Assembly (NCBI RefSeq): GCF_009914755.1
Contig: NC_060938.1
Source of the DNA: the human T2T-CHM13v2.0 reference genome, Homo sapiens
Direction: 5' to 3' (one strand)
DNA length: 64,000 bases
The notes below the pieces were generated by a model that was given only the letters and a program-made list of their open reading frames with translations, searched no databases and was not told the DNA's origin. The position numbers were made by a program, and so were the translations under genes. Of this stretch, positions 1 to 16,086 are shown piece by piece (within the stretch, counting starts at the first letter, position 1; each line of letters begins with the position of its first letter).

Positions 1-825
1 AAAAAAGAAGATATACAAGTGGCCAACAAACATAGTTTTAAAAATGCTCTCAACATCACTAATGATCAGAGAAATACAAATTAAAACCACAATGAGATAT
101 CCTCTCACACCAGTCAGAATGGCTGTGGGTAAGAAGTCAAAAAACAGTATGTATGGGTGAGACTACAGAGAAAAAGGGAATGCTTATACACTACTGGTGG
201 AAATGTAAATTAGGTCAGCCCCTGTGGATAGCAGTTTGGAGATTTCTCAAAAAACTTAGAACTACCATTCTACCCAACAGTCCCATTATTGGATATATAA
301 CCAAAGGAAAATAAATCATTCTACCAAAACATACATGCACTCATATGTTCATCACAGAACTAGTCACAATAGCAAAGACATGGAATCAACCTAGGCGTCC
401 ATTAGCACTGGGTTGTACAAAGAAAATGTGATACATATACACCATGGAATAATATGCAACCATGAAAAACAATGAAATCATGTCCTGTTCAGCAACATGG
501 GTGCAGCTGAAAATCATTATCCTAAGCAGATTAACACAGGAACAGAAAACCAAATATCACATGTTCTCACCTACAAGTGAGAGCTAAACAGAGGGTGCAC
601 ATGGACATAAAGATGGCAACAATAGACACTGGAAACTACCAGATGAGGAGGGAAGGGATGAAGGGCTAAAAAGCTACCTACTAAGTACTATGCTTAGTAG
701 GTACTACTAGGTACCTACTACCTGGGTGACAGGATCAATTACATCCCAAACCTCAGCATCACACAATATAACCATGTAACAAACCTGCACGTGTACTTCC
801 TGAATCTAAAATAAAAGTTAAAATT
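1..825 (+). mobile_element. L1 (L1PB-like) 3' end: degraded ORF2 C-terminus and 3'UTR, cut by window edge
   Basis: L1 ORF2-end motifs (aaaaccacaatgagata; aaagacatggaatcaacc) and L1PB-type terminus 'aacaaacctgcacgtgtac...tgaatctaaaataaaagtt'. Confidence 0.85.
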
Positions 826-1399
826 TTAAAACATAATAATATGTTAGAGCTGAATCATAGGGGGTTTTATTTGCCAATTTTAGATCTAATGCTGTCAACA
901 GAGAAAAAAAATCAAAGCTGCTGAAAGGAGGAAGTAAAATTAACTAAGTCTTTGAGATAAAACTTCTTCCATAGTTGGAGATAGAAGGACAGCAAATGAG
1001 TTGTGCTGAAAGACCTGCACCTGCATCAGGGATGAGAAAGGCTTAGAGCCCAACTTCAGATGCAACTGCTGGGGAAGAGCTAGTGCCCTGCTCTGGCCTC
1101 TCCTGGGCCTGGCAAGTGTGCCCTGAGAAGCAACTGCTTGGGAGTCACAGACCTCAACCCCAAGCAAGAAAGGAAAAGGTCTATAAGAAAATCATGGTGG
1201 TCCTGAGAGGAGATGGATTCCTGCTGTCATTACACTGCCCTCTATGCCTGAGATCTCATCACAAATCCAGCCATCTCTTTTTTCTCAAAAAAATCAGAGG
1301 TAACTCTGTCCCCAAAACCCATAACTGACACCACTCACTAGAGGCCCAGTGAACAGCTTTCTGCATCACAGCCATAACACCCTGTGTTACTTTGGTAGA

Positions 1400-2947
<1,548 letters not shown>

Positions 2948-3834
2948 CCCAAATGGTATTTTCATCTGAGAGACAAATGCAACAAACATCACCTCTAGAT
3001 CCATAAAGTCTTCATATCATGTATACATGTGGGATACTTGGAATAATAGTATTTCATAATGAAAAGGAATCAAAAATCATATAATCCAACTCCCATTTCA
3101 TATAAAGAAAATGAAGCTTATACAGGTTAAAAGACTACTAGAACCCCTCCACAACTTTGTTGCAATACTGAAGCTAGAATTTCCCTCTAGCTCTGTCCTA
3201 ATTCTATATCCAAAGCTGTGGAACAATAATTATCTTTAGCAGTCAGGAAGAAACTCTCTGGGATGGGACATGTTCTATCACCCAGAACATTCGATTTCCC
3301 ATGGCTTCCTTTGAATGGAATTCCTCTCAAGTCTAGGACAACACTCTAGTAGCCTAGGGTAATTTGAAGTCTCTCTTATATATTTCATTTCCTCAAATTT
3401 CATCTCTCCTTCATTTTGAAGTTCAATGAAGTAATTGGTAAATATCTATCGATGTATTGTCTATCTATATCCTCTATAACAGTGTAGACAATCATTTTTT
3501 AACAAATATTTGAGAAATACCTATTATCTTCCTCAGACTATGTGGGGCACTGGCGATAAAGAGTGAACTTGAAGTACAAGAGCAAAAAACCTGAGTCCTG
3601 AAAGTACCCGGCTGTTTGTAAAAACTGAAAGAAGGCCAGTGTTATATTGCTGAAGTTTTGAGGAGGAAGGGTGTACATGTTATGTGTGTGCATGCATGTG
3701 TGTAGAGAGGAGACAGTCAGAGAGGCAAATTCCAATGGCTTTGGAAACATAATTTAGCTGAAAGTTGGCCCAGAGGTCTGAGTTAGTTCAGCAGAACAGA
3801 CTGATTCCAGCTTTCACCTCTAGAAGTCCCCTCT

Positions 3835-4155
3835 GTTTGTTTTTTGTTTTGTTTTGTTTGTTGTTTTGGTTTTTGTTTTGGGGGTTGTGTTGAGGCAGAG
3901 TCTCACTTTGTTGCCAAGGCTGGAGTGCAGTGGTGCAATCTCAGCTCACTGCAACCTCTGCCTCCTGGATTCAGGCGAATTCTTGTGCCTCAGCCTCTCG
4001 AGTAACTGGGATTACAGGTGGTGCGTGCCTCCAAGCCTGGCTAATTTGTGTGTTTTTAGTAGAGACGAAGTTTTGCCATGTTGGCCAGGCTGGTCTCGAA
4101 CTCCTGAGCTCAAGTGATCCTCCTGCCTCGGCCTCCTAAAACACAGGGGTTACAA
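3835..4155 (-). mobile_element. Alu (AluS) with (GTTTT)n-derived tail
   Basis: Reverse Alu consensus; tail decayed to a GT-rich simple repeat. Confidence 0.9.
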
Positions 4156-4260
4156 GTTCCTCTCTGTTTCTAACAAAGGTATTTGCCTCACCAAGGAGCT
4201 TCTGTTGTTCCACAGTCAAATGGATGTTCCTTGTTCTGTTTTCCCTATAAATGTGTACAG

Positions 4261-4574
4261 TAGGGGTTAGCAAACTATATCCAATGTGCCAAACCTGGCC
4301 TGCTGCCTATTTTTGTAGGGCCAGCAAGTTAACAATAGATTTTACATTTTTAATATGTTTAAAAATTGATAGAAAATGAGATTTTGTGACACATGAAAAT
4401 TATATGAAATTCACATTTCAGTAGACATAATAGTTTTATAGCAACATAGGCACATACATTCACTTACATATTATGTATGGTTGCATTTGCAGTACACAGC
4501 AGAGCTGAGTAGTTTTGACAGAGACTATAGAGCCCATGAAACTAAACTATTTAAGAAAATGTTTGCTGACCCTG
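4261..4574. mobile_element. MER58-type hAT-Charlie MITE
   Basis: Terminal inverted repeats taggggttagcaaac ... gtttgctgaccctg; ~315 bp. Confidence 0.75.
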
Positions 4575-4849
4575 GTGTGAGTATCACAGAGATGGAATCC
4601 CTCGGTATGGAATTGTTGGCTAGTGTGTGTGTAGTCCAAACGTGCACACCCCTCAGTGGGAGCAGGAGAGCCCAGGGAATGATGTACACTCTGTTACCCT
4701 CTGCTTGCGAGTGTTTTCTCCAGTGAATCCTTATTTTATATTTGCAGCACTTGTGTTAGTGGAGCATCTTTGTGCCTACTTTGTACAACAGAGTGTGTGT
4801 TTGTGTGTATGTGTGTGAGAGAGAGAAAGTTTGAATAATAGAATCATGA

Positions 4850-5220
4850 GATGATGTTGGAAATATTATGAAGGGTCAAACCAAAGATTACATTTTCAAA
4901 GTTTTATTTTATTCAAAGAGCATTGGGAAGCTAATTGAAATCTATGTGCAAGGAAAGGAACTGGTCTGATTTTCTTTCTTTAAGGAGTTACTCTGGCTGT
5001 GGCATGGAAAACAAGTTACAGACAGGCAAGAGTGGAAACAGGAAGCCAGTTAGAACAGCAGCATCACATGGTCCAGGGGAGAAAAGAGAATAGCTTGAAC
5101 TAGGATGTTGGCAGTGGAGATGGGGAGAAGTGAGCAGACATGAGACTTATTTTTGAGACAAAACTAAAAGGAATTATTTGTGAATGAGATGTGAGGGTAG
5201 AGGAAAAGAAGGAGATACTA
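4850..5220 (-). mobile_element. L2 fragment
   Basis: L2-like purine-rich text (actctggctg...; ggcagtggagatggggagaagtg). Confidence 0.6.
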
Positions 5221-6014
5221 CATTGAAATAAGTTCCATCAGAAAAAAATTGATTAAACATTTAATCCAAGAAGTCAAATTATTCGACTGTTGAGCAGATG
5301 CTTACCCCTAAAATAAAATTTTAGGAACACTAGCAAAAAAATCCTGGTCAAAAATGCCTAAGCATTATTAGTAAGAGTTGTTCTTAATTGATCATAATAA
5401 AGTTATATTCCTCTGAATTAGTACTAGTCATATACACTTAATCTTTTTTAGAAAACATGAAGGACCTTCACACATCATAGCAGAATTCTTTTTTGTGTGT
5501 TTTTATTCATTAGTAATTCATTAGTTTTATTCATTAGCCATGAATGGCTCGTGTGAAGCTAAGGTAACTTTTAAAACACCCTACAAAGGCAAAGGTGTGA
5601 CATAGAAATGACTAAATGCTTAATGTCCTTGATCATGAGTGAAACTGGTGCAGAGTGACTTTATTTTAGAAAATCATTAGACCCGTCCACTGTCTGCTTT
5701 GAGTTCCCTTTATAAAAGATAAATATGCAGTCTCAGAAGTTTTCTGGGCCCCTAAACAAATGACTTTAAAAGTGGAGAAGCAGAAAAGAAAAAACTTATA
5801 GAAAATAGAAGTTTATGGTACAGTTACCAGAACCTATTCCACCCTATTCCCACCAAAAGCCAAGTACATTTAATCCTTATTTTGCTTATATATGTTAAAA
5901 TAGAGTCTGACAGAAACTGTGGAGACTCTTTTGTCTCCAGGCATCCTCCATGTCACGGGAATTAGGGAATCCTGAGTTACAAATGACCTATAGGGTGTTT
6001 TAAAAAATTATGTG

Positions 6015-6343
<329 letters not shown>

Positions 6344-6499
6344 TCACCCCATCACCAACAAAACTGAATTCTTCCAACATAAACCTCTAAGTACTCACAT
6401 CTGTACTTGAAAAGGATGTCAACTTGCTGCCGGCATCTTTTGTTTTTGGTCTTATAAGTTATACAGAATTTAAATATTCTGCTAAGAAATTAGTAGACT

Positions 6500-7080
6500 C
6501 TGCAGGGGAGGAAAAAATTTTTTTTCTCCTATCTAGGTTCTTCGGCTGGGGCCTTATAAGTAAGACTGACAAAACACAAATCAACAAGAGAAAAACAAAC
6601 ATAAGTTTATGAGCATACGCATCATAAATACACATGGGAGCACTGGGAGATGAGTAACTCAAAGGTGTGGTTAGAAGTTAGGCTTACATAGCATCTCAGC
6701 TAAAGAATAATAATTTTTTTAGAGAAGTGACAAGACAAAGAAAAAGGACTTTGCATTTCTAGGGTGGGAAACTGTGGGAAAATAAATATTATGGACAAAC
6801 TAATGGAAGATACAGACTAAAGTTGGTAAAAATTGTTATATAGATTCCTCTGGTGCCATCTCCAGGCGGAAAGGGTTTACAGTTGTCTCTGGTAATTTTA
6901 CCTCGTCCTCCCTGGTAGAGAGGAGAGGAAGGCTACCCTTGCAAAGTTATCCTGTTTCTATGCAAATAATAGGGGGAAGACAGAGAGCTTTTCTTGTATC
7001 TGCTTTTTCTCAATTGCCTTCAGCTGGAAATAATCTTATGCCAAAGTGGCATGTTTAGGGGCAGCAGATTCTGCTACCTT
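6500..7080 (-). mobile_element. ERV1 MER4-group solo LTR (subfamily uncertain)
   Basis: Resembles reverse MER4-group LTR ends (aataatcttatgccaaagtggcatg...ggggcagcagattctg; aacaagagaaaaacaaac). Confidence 0.55.
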
Positions 7081-8193
7081 AAAACTTCCTGGGTCCCTGT
7101 GCCAACTTCAAAAAGCAAAATGTGGATCTAAACATAGAAGGAGGGACACAAACTTTCTTTAGTTTGCTCACTTATGCGCTTATTTAGAAAGGGCTCTAAC
7201 TAATTCCAAGGCTTGATTACATGATTGTTTCACAAAGATATTCTAATTCATTTAAAACAAATGAAAGGCATCATGCAGATATTCAGCCTTCAAAAGCCAC
7301 TCTGCCTTGAGATGTTCCTAAGTGGTTACTGGGAGATGGACCACAGCTTTAGTCTAATATCGCCTACAAACCCACTGTTATTTAGAATTGCATGTTATCA
7401 ATTGTATCCATAATTTGTATTATTGGAATAGAATTATATCTTTAACTATAGTCTAGGCAAATTTATATATTCTTCACGGCAAGCACAGACGTGTTTCAGC
7501 ATGGCCAGTTAATTCTTTCAGCCTGGTCTACTGAGGATGGCTAGGACTGCTGTCCTAACACAAAAGAAACTGACAACAGCTAATTTCCTCTAATTGATTT
7601 GACTGTGTTACTCATGAAACAAGTGAATGATATTATTAAGTTAATAAGTTAACCATTTAATTTAGAATAAGGCCAGTGTCAAAAGTGACATAAAAGAAGT
7701 AATTCAAACAGTTTTATGGTCTCATATTACATGGCTACACAGTTTCACTCAGTCTCTGCCACAAAAAGCTGCAATGATTTCACCGTCTGAAAATGAAATT
7801 CATTTGTGTAAGAATATATCCATAAATACATATTCTGTTATATATTTATACAAAGGCTGTTGAAGGAAAGTGTTGTAAACATGCCTGAAAATTATAAGGG
7901 CTTTACACCTAGTAAAATGTAAATGACAGCTTATCAATTTTGGTCAAAAGTTTTCTTGGGCCTATGGTAAAAATGTGAACGCGAGCAAAGAATCAATCCA
8001 GATCAATACGTCAGTTTAAAAGAAAAAAAGTGACTATTGACATATCTGCATTCTGTTTTTTACTTTTTACTTTTATTTCAATAGTAAATTTATGCATTTT
8101 CTTTCCCAAAATGATTTAAATATAAATCTGATTCCCCATCTATGTTTGCACCGTCATTCAGTAATTGCTGGTGCTTTTACAATTCACAGGCAC

Positions 8194-9130
8194 ATGAAAA
8201 TCTTCAACAGCCCCAGCAACTCCAGCACCTTCACTGGCTTCATCCTCCTGGGCTTCCCTTGCCCCAGGGAGGGGCAGATCCTCCTCTTTGTGCTCTTCAC
8301 TGTTGTTTACCTCCTGACCCTCATGGGCAATGGTTCCATCATCTGTGCTGTGCACTGGGATCAGAGACTCCACGCCCCCATGTACATCCTGCTCGCCAAC
8401 TTCTCCTTCTTGGAGATATGTTATGTCACCTCCACAGTCCCCAGCATGCTGGCCAACTTCCTCTCTGACACCAAGATCATCTCCTTCTCTGGCTGCTTCC
8501 TCCAGTTCTACTTTTTCTTCTCCTTGGGCTCTACAGAATGCTTTTTCCTGGCAGTTATGGCATTTGATCGATACCTTGCCATCTGTCGGCCTCTACGCTA
8601 TCCAACCATTATGACCAGACGTCTCTGTACCAATCTTGTGGTCAATTGCTGGGTACTTGGTTTCATCTGGTTCTTGATTCCTATCGTCAACATCTCCCAA
8701 ATGTCCTTCTGTGGATCTAGGATTATTGACCACTTCCTATGTGACCCAGCTCCTCTTCTAACTCTCACTTGCAAAAAAAGGCCCTGTGATAGAGCTTGTC
8801 TTTTCTGTCTTAAGTCCTCTGCCTGTCTTTATGCTCTTTCTCTTCATTGTGGGGTCCTATGCTCTGGTCGTGAGAGCTGTGTTGAGGGTCCCTTCAGCAG
8901 CTGGGAGAAGAAAGGCTTTCTCCACCTGTGGGTCTCACCTGGCTGTGGTTTCACTGTTCTACGGCTCAGTACTGGTCATGTATGGGAGCCCACCATCTAA
9001 GAATGAAGCTGGAAAGCAGAAGACTGTGACTCTGTTTTATTCTGTTGTTACCCCACTGCTTAACCCTGTGATATATAGTCTTAGGAACAAAGATATGAGA
9101 AAAGCTCTGAAGAAATTTTGGGGAACATAA
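8194..9130 (+). pseudogene. OR11G2: Olfactory receptor 11G2, +1 frameshift allele (A7 at 8773-8779); an upstream in-frame ATG at 8092 gives the long N-terminus
   Basis: LHAPMY and MAFDRYLAICRPLRY in frame 1; KAFSTCGSH and [12 protein letters not shown] in the next frame (ORF 8786..9130); removing one A rejoins them as [12 protein letters not shown]. Splice acceptor ttttacaattcacag| at 8189. Confidence 0.92.
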
Positions 9131-9203
9131 AATGTTAATCAAAAAGGTCCTTGCGTAATTAATCTTGTCTTTAATTTTGGGGTTTAAAAAAAAAACTGGT
9201 CTT

Positions 9204-9511
<308 letters not shown>

Positions 9512-11029
9512 TTATACAGTTAATTGTTCATCTTACTATTGGCCAAAGCTAAAATACCTGTGAGCATGTTTCTGTTATTTCTCCTTTCAGATCTTGATTA
9601 TTTGCCCAGTTGTGTAACATGCCTCAATGTTTTTTAATTGACTGGTGGGCATTGTATTTTAAAAACTATAAAGACAATATGTGCAGTAATGAAGGTTTTG
9701 TTCTAGCAAGTAGATGGAGTAGAGGCAGATCACATTGATTCTATTTAAGCACTACTTGTATGTGTTTTTAAAATGATCTGTGCTCGTTTTAGTTTTACTC
9801 TTAGGGTGTGGCTCTTACTGCAGGAACATAGCCTTTCTGAGACCTCAGGGACAAATCTGGACTGTTTAGAAGGTCCCTCCGCTTCTGCTGATCCTAGCCT
9901 CCTATTTCAGTACTTCTTGAACCCCATGACTCCTGAAACTTCCGCTTTGCTCTTTAGACTCTCAGCTTTTGTTTCTGCTAGCTATTTTGGGGTCTCACCG
10001 TGTACACACAGCTTAGAAATCCAAAAATGCCTTGAAGGGGAATTGCATCATATTTTTAGCCTAGCTTCTGTGGTCCTTCCCTCTCCAGGATTTCTCAAAC
10101 GCCAGGTGCTTTGGCAACTTTCAAATTCTCTACCTTCTCAGTTCAGTAAAACTACTGCTTTCTGCTCAGTCCTTATTCCTCCTTTCCTCATACTCTCCCA
10201 ACCCAGTAAATGGTCAAATATCCTCAGGGAAATACACATGGGGAATGTGAAACTCACCTCCCTTTTCTTCCCTTCATCTTGGACTGTAGCCCATGAAGGC
10301 TTGCCTATGTCAGTTGCTCTGAGTGCCTTCAAATGGTTGTTTTATGTATTTTGTCCAGATTTTACTGTTGATAGAAATTATTTTGGGTTTAGTACAAGTT
10401 TTTCAGTCATGACCAGAAAGTTTTTTCTATTCTATCTAGATTCCATACATTCTCACTTCTTCCTTCACTTTCAGGAGATTATCATGTAGCATGTGTCTTC
10501 AAAAGCCCACAAATCAGAGAGACAGGTGGATATAGAGGCTGGCATAAACACAAATCTGGGATGCACACCTGCTTTTCTTTTCATTGCAACCAGCAAAGAA
10601 TCCCTGAGGACTCTTCCCCTGCAGGAAGCAGGGGAAAGGTTACCTATGGTAAAATAAATGATAAAATCAGGACCACAGATTTTGGCCTTTTTTTAATGGA
10701 AGGCACCCAGTAATTGTAGATCAGTAAAAATAGTCACCCAGAATTTGTATTAGAAGCTTGGGCTAGTTCTCCTTGAACTTTCCCCTAGGCCTGGAGTGAA
10801 AGGTCATGCTATGATTGAAGTGTCTTCACTAATCCAAATACCTGTTTTTCAGGTTAAATAAATAGGAATTGGGAATCAGGGAGCAATTTGCTGAGGATAA
10901 TGACTTAATTCCAAAAAAAAAAAAAAAAAAGTTCCTATCCACCACCCTTTTAACTAGCCCAAGTTCCCTTTGCTTTGAAAAGTAACCCTGAATTTCTCTT
11001 TAGGACTTCTCACTTATTTGCCAGTCATA

Positions 11030-11850
11030 TCACAATAAGTTTGTTTCCTTAATATAAACGAAGCTCTGTAAAATAGTAAGAGAACAGAACAGTATCCCAG
11101 TAAGAAAATGAGCAAAAGGATATAAACGAATAACATCCAGAAAAAGATTCTTAAACATGGAAAGGGCACTAACTAATTCATAAAAAGGTAAAAGTAGAAT
11201 AAGCCTATAAATATATCTCACTTTTTATCTATTAAATTGACAAAGATCAAGAAGTTTGATTACACATTGCGTGTCTGAGGATTGTGAAATGGGTTCTCTC
11301 ACACTTAGCTGGTGGGCGTATCAGCTTTACAAACTCTATATAGGGTGACAAGGCAACCTCTATCAAAATTTAGAAGACACATATCCTTTAAAACAGCACC
11401 TCAACTTTTAAGGTGTTTAACCTACAGATATTTTTACACATGTGGGAAATGTTTACTGCAGCATTGTTGTAATAGCAAAATATTGAGAAAAACATCAGTT
11501 CCCATTAATAGAAGACTAGTAAAATGAGCTATGGTGAGTTATACCATGGAATATTATGTCTTCAATTTATAAACTATGAAGCAGTTCCATATGCAATGAT
11601 ATATAATATGTCCAAGACACACTGTTAAATGAAAAAAGCAAAGTGAATAGCAGAGTGTATTGTAGCTGCCTTCCATGGAAATGTGTATATCTCCTGAAAG
11701 AGCTCCAAAAAACTGATAACAATGGTTGCTTCAGGCAAGAAGAATTTTGTGTCTAAGGAACAAGATAGTAAAGGAGACTTTTTTTTCATAACTCCTTTTG
11801 TGCGTTCAAATTCTTTATCATGTGCCTATATTATGTATTGAAAAAATAAT
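11030..11850 (+). mobile_element. Ancient L1M (L1ME-like) 3' region
   Basis: Degenerate L1 ORF2-end and 3'UTR motifs (aaaatgagcaaaagg; gcagcattgttgtaatagcaaaa; ataccatggaatatt). Confidence 0.6.
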
Positions 11851-11869
11851 AAAACATATTTTGTAAAAT

Positions 11870-11931
11870 TTTTTTATTTCCATAGGTTATTGGGGAACAG
11901 GTGATGTTTGGTTATATGAGTAAGTTCTTTA
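11870..11931 (-). mobile_element. L1PB 3' tip fragment
   Basis: tttatttccataggttattggggaacaggtg...tttggttatatgagtaagttcttta. Confidence 0.65.
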
Positions 11932-11950
11932 AACAAAGAACAATTTTCAA

Positions 11951-12295
<345 letters not shown>

Positions 12296-12946
12296 TAGAT
12301 TTGGAAAATCATTTTTTCCCGCAATTCTAGGGTTCCTTAGGAGCCTGTTTATTGATAGAAATGTTGAAGCGAGGTCTTCAGAGCCCCTTAACATAATTTC
12401 ACTCAGATAGTTTCGTACTTTAGAAAAAACCTGAGATACATCTTCCTCATCTTAGGGCTTGTGTAAATATACTGTTATAAAACTGTAACGAGTTTTATCA
12501 CAGTTATATTTAGACATCATCTCCCTTATTTTTCAATTATTGATTTTTATTGCCCTTGTTCGGCACCTGCAATGTACCAAACATTGAGCCAGGAAATAAA
12601 TTTGAGACAAAGGTATATAAGACACATTTTCTTCCCTCATAGGATTCACAGTCTTGTGATCGAGAAAATTGGAAGGTTTTCTTTTTGTTAAGTAGCAAAA
12701 GTTCAGTGAGAGGGGAAGGCCTAATTACAGTGGAAGCTCACGAGAAGCTGCATGTATGTAAGTATGGAACTTGTGTGAAAGAGGTTGTAAGCACAGCACA
12801 GGCATTGTCTTTTTGCAAGTGCACCTCAGGTTACAGAATAGAAGTGCTTCTAGAAATTATTTTACACCATCGTATAATCAACCACTGCTAGTGGTTACTA
12901 CTAAGGTCCCAGAGACAAAGCAAGTATGACCATAAAATATAATATA

Positions 12947-13260
<314 letters not shown>

Positions 13261-13819
13261 ATAAATTGAATACAAAAGAGAGATATTATTTAAAATGTTA
13301 AGTAAATATAGATTTTAGTAATAGAATGTTGAATTGCTTCGATCTACCATCTTGCTGTGATCAAATAAAAATACTAAATTTAAAAAAAAACTTAAAAACA
13401 TTGACAATCTGAAGAGAGAATAGAAAATGGCTAAGTCATTTTTTTATGAAAGCCTGAGAGGTGAGCACTAAGGCCATTCATGCTCAGAGAGCACTTGACT
13501 GTAGTTCATATCCTTATGCTTCAGGACAATTCCTGGCTGAGGAGATAGAAATAGGAACCTGGTGCTGGTGCTGGGGGTGGTCACAAAAAGCTGGTGCTCT
13601 AATGGTCTTCATCCTCAGGTAAGGATGAACCAGAGCTAGACCTGATGCCACTCAGAAGGGAATCACTCATCCCTGGAAGTTTGTGGCCATGGTTTAGCTC
13701 TCGTTTGAATTTTCTTCAATTTCCCCATTACACTAGCAATCTCTTCATCTTTTTTTTTTTTTTTTTTTTTAGTTCAAAGGTGTTAGGCTTTCTTTTTGTT
13801 GTTGATGTTTGCAGTTTGG

Positions 13820-14025
<206 letters not shown>

Positions 14026-14149
14026 GTAGGCTTTCTATTAAAGACTTTGCCATCCTCTTTTTCCTTTGTTTCATTTTATGAATGGACACAACTCAAAATT
14101 TTTAAGTAAAATATTTTAATCCTCCAGCCTACATGAAATGTTAAGTCAC

Positions 14150-14715
14150 AAAACAGCCTTAATCATTTTGAAAGATTAAAATCGTACCTATCTTTCTCAA
14201 ATCACAATGGAATAAAACCGTAAATCAACAGCAAAAAGAAATATCCACAAATATGTGGATATTCAACAACACAATCTAAACCAAGCGATGAGTCAGAGAA
14301 GTCACAAGGGAAATTATAAAGTATCTTGAGACAAATAAAAATGAAAACACAACATACCAAAATTTACAAGATGAAAAGAAAGCAGCACTAAGAGAGAAAT
14401 TTATAGCTATAAAGGCTTACATTATAAAAGAAGAAAAATCTCAACTCAAAAACCTAACTTTATGCCATAAGAAACTAGAAAAAGAAGAACAAACTAAATT
14501 CAAAGCTAGCAAATGGTAGGAAATAATGAAGATTACAGCAGGGATAAATGAAGTGAAAATATAAAACTGTAGAGAAAATGAACAAAACCAAAAGTTTGTT
14601 ATTCAAAAAGATAAACTAAGTGGACAAGACTTTAGCTAGATTAAGAAAAAAAGAAGACTCAACAAAAATTAGAAATTAAATGAGGACATTACAACTGATT
14701 TTCTAGAAATTAGTT
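14150..14715 (+). mobile_element. Old L1M ORF2 fragment (region after the endonuclease domain)
   Basis: cacaatggaataaaac; aaatgaaaacacaacataccaaaattt; aagaactagaaaaagaagaacaaac. Confidence 0.75.
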
Positions 14716-14869
14716 TTTATAACTTTTCCTATGAACAAAAAGAAGTTATCTCGAATTCCACACAGACGTCTCATCATTGCCTTTCAAAACATTCTTCTTG
14801 CCTTTGCTCTGGGGTCCAATTTGCCCTAAACTACATGAAAACTGTGGATGGAAGAAAGGATGCTATGCC

Positions 14870-14960
14870 AAGGACTCTTGAGGGAGTCATAAACCAGCCC
14901 AAGGGAAGACTGAAGTCATCACAATAATCTCCAAGACAAAACTTTAATTGCACCCCTGAA
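14870..14960 (+). promoter_or_regulatory. Candidate OR11H5P promoter (O/E plus homeodomain motifs)
   Basis: CTCTTGAGGGAG, GCCCAAGGGAA and TTTAATTG within ~80 bp of unique DNA, followed by donors at 15266 and 15442. Confidence 0.4.
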
Positions 14961-16086
14961 TCACAGTGACACATTTCTTCATTCACCTGCACCCTCTTTC
15001 TGAAATCTCTTCATGAGGTTCATATGCCACTGCTTTTGTGGCACTATTCTGCCACAAAAGTAATTCATATATAAAACTCACCTGTTGACCTTTCTCTGCT
15101 GGATGAGACAATTGGAAGGTCTGGGTGCCCGGAGGTGACTGAGGTCCTTTATGTAGCCCTTGATGAAAATAACCACCCTGTCAGTCGAGGCCTAAACCTC
15201 AAGGGCTGACCATAGGAGGAGTGTGCTTCTTTCCTCTGGCTATAACTGTTACCCAAAGAATTACCTGTAAGTGTTCCTTTTGAGCACTTCAGGAAAGGAG
15301 AAAAGGGAGTTTCAACAGTTACCTTTATATATCCTAGGATTCTCTGGGTCAGGCTCCAGGTTTTGAGTCCACATAAGGCAAAGAGATGTATCAATGAGAA
15401 GGCACAGGCTCGGTTTGTATTCCTAGGACTCTATCATGAAGGGTAAGTAACTTTTTCCCCTGTCTAGGATTCACTTGACTTCTTCTAAGACATCTACACA
15501 TGGATGCTAGCTCCAGTGAAATGCCTTTATAATATGAACATATTTTTGCAAAATTTTGTGAGTTTCTAGACGTGTGATTTCATGCACCGCATCTCCAGTA
15601 TAAGTGTTGTAATGAACTGTTGACATCTGTGCCCAGCTACCCAGATCCTCCTCAGCTGAACACTTCCTTAAACGTTCTTGCCTAATTATTTGCAAAGGAA
15701 TGCCTCATTATTTGGAAATTTGATAAATTACATAATTTGGTATTAGAAGTCATGCTTAATAACTCACTTTCTACAATGCCTCTGATTAAATATAACTTAT
15801 TCCCATTACTTTTATGCACATCCCAGGAAATGTAATGCCCTTCCTTTAATACTTTATCTTCTGCCTTTTGAATTATTAATACTACTGTGTTTTTATGTCT
15901 TCTTTATGTTAGACCGACCTGTATGTTTCTAAGTGCCAGAATATACAAGAAGGTCGAAAAAATGAATCTGACCAACTAAAAGGAGCTGCCCATAGCTTCA
16001 CTATGAGATAATATGAACATGAAATATTCATATTTGAATGACATGTGACTTTTTAATCTAGTCATTCAGGTTCACTTAAATTCATT

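Noticed and set aside
8092-8193. 34-aa N-terminal extension of OR11G2
   Set aside because: Lies upstream of the acceptor at 8189; ATG 8194 already precedes the NSS sequon.
8772-8781. A AAA AAG slippery-like heptamer as a programmed frameshift rescuing OR11G2
   Set aside because: That motif promotes -1 shifts, whereas rescue needs +1; no stimulatory structure is evident.
9773-10489. 238-aa ORF downstream of OR11G2
   Set aside because: No recognisable domain; F/S/L-rich composition typical of pyrimidine-rich, probably ancient repeat-derived DNA. A BLASTP or PhyloCSF hit would be needed.
15033-15060. Perfect 11-bp hairpin CTTTTGTGGCA-ctattc-TGCCACAAAAG
   Set aside because: Too short for a pre-miRNA and isolated; no function can be supported, although it lies near the candidate OR11H5P promoter.
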